A stretch of DNA of 64,000 nucleotides from the human T2T-CHM13v2.0 reference genome, Homo sapiens, in the NCBI RefSeq assembly GCF_009914755.1, contig NC_060934.1, one strand, 5' to 3'. Shown in pieces: positions 53,611-64,000 of the stretch. How positions within the stretch are numbered: position 1 is the first letter of the stretch; every line of letters begins with the position of its first letter. Under the pieces are notes generated by a model that did not search any database, was not told where the DNA came from, and was given only the letters and a program-made list of their open reading frames with translations. The translations under genes were made by a program, and so were the position numbers.

Positions 53611-56600
53611 AAAGCAAAGCTTTTGCCTGATGATGGCTTTTCGGCCACCTGTCACAGCGGATAAAGGCATTGCTCACAAGCTCACTACTGAGGTCTGCTG
53701 CTCTGTGCCCTCCGTGTGCCAGAAAAGAATGGAAGAAAAGCTGATACATGTACGTAAACGTGAACAAGCAAAATGTCAGTATTGTGACTTTTTCTAGAGG
53801 TGACATCAAAACAAGTTGCTTCTCTGATGAGAACTGTGTGTGCCCTGCACTGCTCCTCCCAGCACAGGGCCATTGCAGTGTCCCGAAGTGCAGCATGCCC
53901 ATCTGCAGTGGTAAGTCCCCTTGGCTACCACGCTGTCTCCCCTTTTACGGGCGTTAACACGCCCAGCACATGTCAGAGGGCAGCGTGTGTGCTGGGACCC
54001 CCATCTGGACAGCCCCTCACAGAGGCAGCCAAACACCCTCTTCCGAGTCCGGCACAGAGCAGCAGGCTCTGGGCAGATGTCAGCTAAGGTCACGGCAGGA
54101 GGCTGAAGGGGAGGCTCCTGGCACATGACTCTGGATCGATGCCCCCCATGTCTCCCCTGACCTCTGACTGTTCTAGATCCACAATCCAGCTTCTTCCCGT
54201 CTCGATCTCGCATGACGCTCGCACTGCACACAGGAGCCGTCAGCCTCTCGAGTCCCTGCTGTAGTTTCAAGTCTGTTTCCACTTTACTTTTTCTCTAGAA
54301 ACAGACCCTGGCATGTTGCCATTTTGATGGAAGCAGCCTCCACATTCCGGGACAGTCACACAGGCTCTCCCTCCCTTTACTCCCGGGGCTTTCTCAGGAG
54401 TGGGGGGAGCCTGCGCACTGGGCGTCAGCCAAGGTCCCACCTGTGCCCCCTGAGGACCCTGCCTCCCTGCTGAGTGCTCTGCAGGAGGCACCACGTGAGG
54501 CCCTGAGCCTTTGCCCGGGGAGGTCGCCAGCTTTGCCTTTACTAGAATTGCAGGGTTAGCACAAGACAGTGACAGCGGTGACCATGCCAGGTGCTTGGAG
54601 GGGACTTCCCTGGAAACAAGGAAGCCGACTAGCGCGGGGCCCTGGACGTACTTTTGAAACAAGACGAGGCAGGTTTGTATCTGAATGTCTCTTGTTCCTC
54701 TCAGCTGAGCTGTGACAAATGGGATAACGAGTATCTCATGCCCTGAGTGGTCTTCAAACAGCTTGAAAGGTCTACCAGATGGCGGCATGTGCTTTCAAGT
54801 CTCACCAAAAAAGGTGAGGCCCCCTAGCCATGCAGGTCAAGAGACATACCTCTCAAGGACATGCATCTGTCTGTCTGTCTGTCCTCAGGGCCTGGGAAGA
54901 GGCACAGGCCCTAATTTGAAAACTGGGTGTGGAGACCTTCATTGCCTCTCCCAGACCTAAGGTCTCCCCAGCACCTGGGAGACATGTGGTCTCGCCTGTG
55001 GGTTCCCAGCAAGCACTGAGTTCAGGGCCATCGCTCGCCCTGCCCCAGGTGTCTCCGGGATCCCTCGGGACCTTCTCCCCAGGCATCTGCCCGTTCTATG
55101 CGCTCCAGGATGAAGATCTGGCTCTCCGCACTTGAGGAGCCTCTCTTTGATCAAGTTAAACAACAGAATCAACAGATGGGACTCCACTGTACACTCCGCA
55201 GAGCTGCAAATGAATTGTTTAATGAGAAGGCAAAGCGGTTCCAGCAGAGCCCCGCTCACTACTCATGTATGCTCATCAGTGCTCGTGCGGTCCCTCAGGG
55301 ACACACTCCTACGTGTCATCACGGAGGGTTCCGTCTCATGATGGCACCAGCCCAGCCTCCAGCCCCTCTGACAGCAGGGGAGGCTGAGCCCGCGTCGGCA
55401 CCATGCTGGTGGAAGCCGGGGCTTCTGTGAACACACCTGCCCGGCTCTCTCCACGGGCTGCAGATCAGGCTGCCCGGATCAGGAGGTGAGCAGCACTTCC
55501 TGCCCACCCCAGCAAACTAACAGGAGCCGGCTGAGGCAGAGCAGCGGGGGCAGCCCCCACGCAGCCACGTGGGCAGCACCTGTGTGTTTCCCAGGTCACA
55601 GCGAGAGGCCAGGCCACGCCCAAGTCAGGACCATGGAGCTTCTCAGCTTGAGTTATACATATAGAAACACCAAAACTCAGCACCATTCAGCGGCCTTTTA
55701 AACTTTTCTTTCAATCCAAGAATGCCCTAAATAGAAGTAGGAAGAATGTGCCCTGCAGGGCACCACATCCCACGTGAGGCTGGTCTGCAGAACACAGCCC
55801 TGCCCTCCCTCGGTGATCACCGGAGTAGCCCTCGGTCCACCCTCGGGCACCACCTTTTCCAACCTGGACAGCAGCCAGGGGGACTGAGCCAGCCCAGCCG
55901 TGTGACCCTGCAAAGTTCACACAAAGCCATTCCTACTGACACGACCACCATGGAGGGCTGGCGGGGAGGGGCTTCCACTAATTCTTCTGGCCCTTGTGGT
56001 TTTGTTTTGAGGTCAATGAAAACATTGCTCTCCAGAGCCAAGAAGTGGAGCTTTAAACTTAAACTACACTTCACCATGACAGAAGCAGCTGCATGCGTCG
56101 CTGACGGTTTTGTCCCCTTGCAAATAGTGAGGGGTAGTAGGCTCTGCGAAGTTAAGGCCCAGGCACCCCCTGATTCCCCGCACCCACTTCTGGGTGGAGA
56201 GAAGTGGCCACCAGCAGGTCTGGAGTCCTGGAATTCTCCATTCTGCTGCTGGTGACAGCAGTTGACTTCCAGACAAACAGCTGGCAATGATTTCTTCATG
56301 CTTTAGTTAAAAATATGTGCCAAGCATTGCCCTGCTCTGAGCATGGCCTGAGACCTGAGGGAGGTCGGGAGAAAGCCAGACATGGTCTTCCTGGTCTGGC
56401 AGGCAGGTAGTGACCAACCTGCTGGACAAGGGACTCCAGCACACAGCTCAGAGGGGAGAGAGGCTAGGGGAGGGTGACATTGAAGTGAGACCCCAAGGAT
56501 GGGTAGGGATGGGATAAAGAAGAATCTATATGATACGGGAATGGCAGATAGGGATGCAAAGTCCCAGAGCTAAGACCACAGTGGCCTGGCTCACAGGCAG

Positions 56601-57729
56601 GGGCGAGTGACAGAAGACAGGCAACGCAGGAGCGAGGCCAGCTCAGGCCCAGCCATAGAGACGGCTGCCACTGGGCATTGCAGGGAGCTCTGCAAATTAC
56701 AAACTCTAAGGACACCAATGTATTGCATTGCTAATGTCATATACAACATATATAGGATATTACACTCTGTTTCATTAACGTAATAAAAATGAGGACATTG
56801 TATTTTTACGTTCACATTCATTTTCGGGTACTATCCACTGCTAATATTGTTTCACATTAACATTTATTTTAGGCTACCATCTACTGCTGATACTATTGTG
56901 TAGAAGAAAGAGAATTTCAAGGGGGGCCGGTACTATTCCTATAGGTGTATTTTGACCATGTTAAAATGAAGTGTTGGAGCCGTAAAGTTAAAATATTGTA
57001 TTTCACACATTCGTTATCTCAGCCTACGCATCCAGAACTTCAGATTTTAAAACCTCAAAATACCTTTTAATATAACCTTCAGTTCTATATGGAAGATAAA
57101 TGCATGATTAAGTATATTCACATTCTAAATTACATCATTAAACTTTATCAAATAAGAACGTTTTTGTAAAAAAAAAAAAAGGATTCAGTATTAAAGTGAT
57201 TATAATATAAAAGGGAGACGTGTGAATCCCCACGCTTCCCATCGCTGACTGCATCCTATTATTAGCGACGTCTATCACCTTGAAGGGAAATAGCATTCCT
57301 GGTGTCTGGGTTTGATGCTGCTCTTCAGGAGAAGCCCCTGCTGCCTCCATTCTCATGACCAGGGAGTTTTAAGGCTCAGGCAGGGAAGGGCACAACCCCT
57401 GCCACTGCCCGCCACAGACCATAACCCCAGAGTCCAGACCTCCGCGCTGCTCCCTGATCTACGTGGTTGAATCACAGCCTCCAGTTCTCCAGCCAGAGCT
57501 GGGACCTCCCCACAGTGGAGCCAAGGCCTGGAGCCTGAGGGCCACTGGGGCCAGAAAGAGGAGAGTGGGGCCAGGCTCAGCTAAGGCCCACCTCTCTCCC
57601 TTCACCTGGCCTGGGAGGATGGAAATCAGGCTAGGATGAGACAGCACCACCAGCAACACCAGGGGCCCGGGGGTGTCTGTGCTCAGCACAGAGGCGGAGG
57701 TCTGCGATTGGGCGGGCCTGGGCACAGCA

Positions 57730-57830
57730 CTCAGCTCAGCTACTTCCTAGCCACAAAGTTGGGGGAGCATCACCTACCTTCTCTGAGATTCAATTTCTCC
57801 ATCAACTGAATGGGAAAAGTAATACCATAT
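57730..57830 (+). mobile_element. MIR fragment
   Basis: ctcagctacttcctagc...accttctctgagattcaatttctccatc...aatgggaaaagtaatacc resembles the MIR core. Confidence 0.6.
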
Positions 57831-58317
57831 GGAAGATTCAGGCTATGGACAGAGACGCTAAACATTCAGTGCCATGCACAGGTGTGCCCCTGGCAGGGCT
57901 CATGGAAGTAGATTCTAACAATTGTTTGGACAAGAGCCTGCTGAGCCAGCCTCATCTGCTGCCAGCGTCTGCCTGTGGCCAAGCAAGCAGGGAAAACCCT
58001 GGCCCGGAGGAGACCTGCAGTGGGCCAGGTGGGCCAGGAGCAGGGAGAGGCTCTCCGTGTCCCCCCTCGCCTCCTGAGCACACTCAGCTCCTCTGGGTCC
58101 ACGTATCTTTGCAAAATGCACTCGTTCATCCAGCGGGGCATTCCAAAAACTCGTGGTAGCCACTATTCTATTCTGAACATTTTAAGGGAAACCTTTGCAA
58201 ACCTTCTTTGCAAATACATTGGGAACAACCATTCATCCCTCCCAAGGCAGCATTGCTCGTGTTAAGATGCAGCTTCAAATCACCAAACAGAAATCAAAAC
58301 CAATCTCAACAGCAATG

Positions 58318-58498
58318 TATCTGTGTGTGTGCACATAGCACACCGTGTGTATGTGTGTGTACATAGCACTCTGTGCATGTGTGTGTGTACACAGCATCTG
58401 TGTGTGTGCATGCATATGTGTGCACATAGCATGGGTGTGTGCATGGGTGTGTGTGCACACAGGACGTGTGTGTATGAGCATGTGTGTGCATGTGTATA
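58318..58498. repeat. Degenerate (TG)n repeat
   Basis: tgtgtgtgcacatagca-type units. Confidence 0.92.
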
Positions 58499-60559
58499 TC
58501 AAATATGCAGGTCCCTTTAGAAGCCTTGAGTCTGCCGTGTGAGTGGGCATGGGAAACAGACCTGAAGAGTGTTCTCTTGCCTCCGTAAAAATGCATTTTG
58601 CATTGTCACTGGGTGAAAGGGAGGAAAAAACGCACATTAAAGTTACACCAAAGACTGGGAGGTCCTCAGGGCAGGGCCGGGGTCTTTGTGCCCCTGTCCC
58701 TAGCTGGGGAGCTAGCACCGGGAGGGCATTAGTAAGCAACTAATTTAAAAGAAATAAACATTTATTTAAAACATCCTCTTTGATAGAAATCAGGATTTGT
58801 GATAAATCCATCCTAATCTGACCCATCTGCATGATTTAAATGAGTAGATACTTAGGGCACCTGCCCTTGCACAAAAGTGAACTCATGCTTCTCGGAACTC
58901 TGCATGACCAAAACAAAAGATAACGTCAGAAGAACTGTATGGATCCCTCTGCCGTGTGGTTATGGTAGCCTGTGATTTATATACACCCTGCTTTAGCATT
59001 TGCAGGCCTGTTAGTCTTCAAAAAGCTCATATCAAGTCGGCTCTGACTTTTTGCAGACTAATCTATGTGAAAATGCAGTGCTCACCTAACTGATTTATTT
59101 TCACATTTAGAAGTAATAAAATTAATAGTGCAGTTCTCATCTCAGTTGATAAAATTAACTCTTTTTTTCTAACTAACTTCTTTCAGTTATCTTCTTTATT
59201 TCTAAAGGAAAGTTATTCCAGTCATTTGATACAAATGGCTTTAATTAGTTTAAGGCAAACATAACCTTTAACAAATCCAGGCTTGGGATTGCTGGTTGTG
59301 CGCTAAAGGATAAAAACAGTGCAGTGCTTATGGCATTGATTTGTAACGTCAGGCTGCACAATCCAATTTGGGTTGGCATCAAAGCAAACCACCCATCACT
59401 TGAAAGAATAATTCCTCTGCCAAGGCCAGCCCCGAATACACACAAAATGCATTTTTATGACAAGGGCAGGTACATTTTTCAAACGACGGGGAGGGGGAGA
59501 CTCACCATAACTATGTTCTATTTGGCACTACCCACCATAGGGGCTTCTCTGACTTAAAGCATAGCAGACATTTTCTAAGGAACTTGCATTTTTAATGACT
59601 ATTTCTTTGTTTTTGCTTTTAAATAAATTAAAACTTTTAAAATAATCAATCCTATACTTACAATGAAGCAACTGATACAAAGAGACCCTTTGTTGGGGAA
59701 ATACTCAACTGAAGGTTCTTGTCTGAGATTTACCTTTTCCCATTTCTATTGAGCTACCTATCAAATGGGTCAGCCTTTGTCAACTAGAATCAGAATTTCT
59801 GGTCCATCCACCAGAACTTGTATTTGCAGATCTGACCTGGGGCTTCTCTCGTATTTCAGTGGCCCCTCACCCTCTGTAGGATATAATCTAATCCCAGTTC
59901 TTCCTCCCAAATATCTCAGTTTTCAGGAATTCTCTACTACCTAAGACCGCTCCCAGAACAAGCTCAGAATACAGTTTTATGCACCCGCTCTCTCTAGAAT
60001 ACCCTACACCCATGCCCCGCCACTGACTCCCCCCTCATCTGAGCTCAGGGCCCAGGCTCTCTGGACACTGTCCACACTCCCATGGTGGGGAGGGGGGACC
60101 CCTGTTCTGTCTCCTACTCTGTGCATTGCTCTTCTTCTTACACGTGATGCTAACATTATGGCGCGTGTGTCTGCCTCCTTCTTGGGAGACAGGCTCCTTG
60201 GAGGTGGGTGTGGCATGCTGAGCATCGTGTCTGCCATGCACTTGCAAAGGCATTGATAGCAGTGGGACTCGACTCACCTCCTCTGACTGCTCACTTCCCC
60301 ATCTCAGTGACCAGCCCTTGTTTCCGCAGGGCCAACCTTGGGGGTTGCCCTAGAACCCACCATATTCTCTGTCACTGTGTCTCCACCTGGAAGTGTCTAT
60401 TTCTTGGAAGCTGCTCTCCTCTTTGCCCAGCAAAGCCCTTCTCTTCTCAGTAGAGCACTCCAACACCCCCTTGCCTTGCGAAGCCCACACTTGGAGTGTG
60501 CACTAAGCGATGACTTCATTGTCCTTCCATGTTTCAAAAAACGTGGCCCATATTTCTAT

Positions 60560-60722
60560 TCTAGCGTATCACATTTAAATGACCCGTTTCTTATCCGCAA
60601 GCTCTCTGAAAACAGAAGTCATGTCTTTTAATCTTTAAATCTACTTTAAATCAACTGTGTGATTGATACAAAATAGACGTTTAATAAATATTGGATGGCT
60701 GACTAAATGTATACATAAATGA
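60560..60722 (+). mobile_element. L2 3' end fragment
   Basis: caagctctctgaaaacagaagtcatgtctttt...tttaataaatattggatggctgactaaatg resembles the L2 tail. Confidence 0.55.
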
Positions 60723-61323
60723 GGGAACAACTATCGCTGGAGGAGATAAATGGGCTTGTCAATCTGCCCTTCCCAGGCACAGAGCAATCAAACAAAAGAG
60801 AAACAAATCAGCAAATAAATTTGAAACTGCATGCGATATTTGGCAAGAGTCAAGGCAGCTGGAACAAAGCCCTCCATACCAGTCAGCGAGGGATCCCACT
60901 ACCAAGTAGTTGGCTCCTGGCACATCCAACCTCAGGTAGAAAATGCGTCTCCAGCAGCTCTGCGTGTACACATCGGTCACGATGGAAACTCTCCTGCTAC
61001 TCGCTGATTCTAAGTTGTGAACGGGAAGCCCAGGAGCTCCAGGCACCGAGCAAGCCTCAGCATCAAACAAGGAAATGGCAGCAACAGGTGCACAAGTGTC
61101 CATCAGCCTCTCGCCTCACAGAGGAGGCTGTGGGCCCTCTTAGCAGGATCAACACAGTGTCCTCAAAGGGACTGAGAAGGTCCTTTAGACATGAGGCAAG
61201 AACAAAATGGCACCAAAGTCACTATTACAAAACACAAATAAACTCTAGAAAGTCATGTATACATACACATAATATACATCCTACTATATTTACAGGTTAG
61301 CTGGGATTACTGTAGAGATTACG

Positions 61324-61434
61324 GCAGGCTGAGGTGGGAGGATCACCTGAGCCTGGGGAGGTTGAGGCTGCAGTGGGCCATGATGATGCCACCACACTCC
61401 AGCCTGGGTGACAGAGCGAGACCCTATCTCAAAA
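61324..61434 (+). mobile_element. Partial AluJ/FRAM/FLAM-type monomer
   Basis: aggctgaggtgggaggatcacctgagcctggggaggttgaggctgcagtg...gagaccctatctcaaaa. Confidence 0.9.
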
Positions 61435-61646
61435 CATAGAGACATATAGATATACATATAGATAAAAATATAGATAATATAGATGTGGGTATAATTTTAA
61501 AATAATTAGATAACAAGATGCATCGAGAATATAAATGCATATGGATATATTTTAATTAGAAAAAAATAGATGTTTGAAAGACAGTATCAAGTAAATGTCC
61601 CAAAACACAGAAGAATGTCAGAAAGATTTTAAGGAGAAAGAGACAT

Positions 61647-62720
61647 AATCTTGGATTTGGCAATAGATTCTTAGATATAACACCAAATGCATGAACAACA
61701 AAAGAAAAAATTAATAAACTGCATCTCATCAAAATTAAAAACTTGTGCATTAAAGAACACCATCAAGAAAGGAAAAAACAACCTTCAGAATGGGAGAAAA
61801 TATTTGCAAATTATGTATCTGATAAAGGCCTGGTCTGGTATCCAGAATATGCAAAGAATTCTTTACAACTCAACAAGAAAATGACAAACCACCGAATTTG
61901 AAAATGAGCAAATGACTCAAATCATCATTTTGCCAAAGAAGATACACAAACGGCGAACAGGCATGTGAAAAGGTGCTCAAAATCACTAGTTGCTAGGGAA
62001 ATGCAAAACCAAACCACAGAGAACACATTAAACTCACTAGAAAGGAACAATTTCAGAAAATAAAGGAAAATAACAAGTATTGAGAGTACGGTGAAAATGA
62101 TGGCTGAATGTAAAATGGTTCAACTACTCTAGAAAACAGTCAAAAAGTCAAACATAGACTTAATGTGAGACTCAGTGATTCCACTCCTAGATCTACACCC
62201 AAAAGAATTGAAAACGGATTTTCAGATCAATACTTTTAAACAAATGTTCACAGCAACACTATTCATAATCACCAAAATGTGGACGCAATGTACATGAGCA
62301 TCAATGGATGGGTGAATAAGCACCAAGTAGGCTATCCAAGCGACGGAACATTATCTTGCGATGAAAGGGACGAACTGCTGATATATGGTACCGTGCATAT
62401 GAACCCCGAAGACATTATCTTAAGTTAAAAAAGCCAGACACAAAAGGTCACCTATTGTGTGGTTCATTTACCTGAAATGTGCAGAATAGGTAAATGTATA
62501 GAGACAGAAAGCAGGTTGGTATTGCCAGGGGCTGAGGGGAGGGGAAACTGGGGAGAAACTGATTAACCAGTAAGGAGTTTTTTTTCAGAGTGAGGAACAT
62601 GTTTTGGAAGTAGATGGAGGTGGTGGTTGAGCAACATGGTAATTGCGCTCAATGCTGCTGAATTGCTCACTTGAATACAGTTAACCTATGGTATGTGAAT
62701 TTCATCTCAATAAAGAAGAG
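61647..62720 (+). mobile_element. L1MB-like 3' portion (ORF2 end plus 3' UTR), decayed
   Basis: ttcttagatataacaccaaa...atcaaaattaaaaact...aaaatatttgcaaatt...aagccagacacaaaaggtcac...tgtgaatttcatctcaataaa. Confidence 0.88.
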
Positions 62721-64000
62721 AAAAGGTAATACAAATAGACATACAGATTATCAATCCAGGAAGTTGAACACCCAACTCATAAGAGGTCCAAAGAGATAAC
62801 AGAGACTGATAGAAAAGTTCTGGGAGCTCCAGAGACACGAGGCTGCAGATCTGATGGCTGCAGAGTTGTATCCGTGCAAATCAGAGATATATTTTGGAAG
62901 ACCAGGGATAAACACTGATCTGGAAGGTTATAGAAAGAAAAAGAAAACTGATTCTCCTGCAAAGGATGGGGAGAGGATGCAGGTGTCTGAGGGCCAAATG
63001 TGTCCCCGAGGAGCCCCCTTTCCTCGTGCCTCTGGCGAGAAGGCAGAGGGCTGTGGCGCTGAAGGCTCTGGCTCTGGGCCTGCCACTCGTGCACCGGGCA
63101 CTCCACACCACCAAGCTGCCCCGGACATCTGTTTTGTCATTGGTTGATTTTTGTTTTTTCTCATCGGCTGGTTTTTGTTTTCTCCTCCCCAAGGAGGAAG
63201 ATAATGTCTCGATTTACCCCCACAGAAACATTGTTAGAATAATGGAAGGTGATATCAATGAAAGAGCTTTGAAAAGTCAGAAGCTATGAATCAGAGCTGC
63301 ATCTGACCTTGACCCCACACCTCCAGCCCTTAGGTTGGCTGCCCTTCATCCCACAGGAGCTCTTTGTCCTTCCAGCCCACTCTCTCACCCCTCCAATGCA
63401 CTCGCTCTGCCCCTGTACAACAAGGCAAGTCTGCCAGAGCTGGCATGAGCTCCGAGGGAAATAGAGAAGTCCAGGCCAAGAAGTGGGCAGAGGACAGAGG
63501 CTGTGCTACCAAAGACAGTGACCTCAGTGCCAGCAGAGGCACGTCGGTCAAATCACCACTACCCAGCCACCACCCCAGCTCCTGGTGCATGATGGTCTAT
63601 TGAACGAAGGAGTAATTAAATGATGAAGCTGGTATTCGATAGAGCTGTGCAACCTCAGAGTCAGAGACCAAGCTAATCCAAGGCCCAGCCATTGCAGAGA
63701 GCTGAGAAGTTTGCCCTCCAGACTCTCCAGTTGTACTAGACATGAGGGTGGGTGTCCAGGTGGCCCAGCAGGGAGCATTCTACCTGGCCATCCTGCTCTG
63801 CTGCTATCCAAACAGGACAGCCTCACCCAGGGCCGGCGCCCATCTCCCACCCCAACTCCCGCCCGTGCTTGAAAATGGGGCAGATCTGTGAGTAGATGGC
63901 CTCCCATCCTCTTGCATTTCATTCTTAAGAATGGCATGGTGGAAAACCAAAGGCCAAAATCAATAATCTGCCGCTTCTGGGGCCTCCTTGGTTCTCCCTC

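Noticed and set aside
51111-53670. Very long ORFs (up to 709 aa) rich in C/V or H/T
   Set aside because: Translations of the CA/TG minisatellite, which lacks stop codons by composition.
60719-61300. 193-aa plus-strand ORF
   Set aside because: No recognisable domain or promoter context, and antisense within an intron. This length is plausible by chance.

Overview
Primate (most likely human) genomic DNA lying entirely inside one minus-strand gene. Four phase-compatible GT-AG exons (42003-41915, 38328-38240, 21715-21561, 9503-9434) splice to [136 protein letters not shown] recognise this as the WW-domain region of TCERG1L (exons about 5-8; numbering from memory). The rest is intron. It holds Alus, old L1/L2/MIR fragments, a two-LTR THE1/MST MaLR, nested MaLR LTRs, a solo HERV-E LTR2, MLT1 LTRs, a Tigger3-type element in a MER21-like LTR, and many simple and tandem repeats. 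None of the supplied ORFs is a credible gene. I found no new biological system. The best leads are (1) a candidate in-frame 39-nt cassette exon at 40900-40938, (2) a cluster of locally templated insertions and inversions at 9.8-16.1 kb, (3) a frame-closed 333-nt three-exon block flanked by opposite-orientation Alus, and (4) a 2.3-kb higher-order CA/UG minisatellite rich in CACGTG. Repeat subfamily names come from remembered consensus sequences, and identities and counts are by eye.
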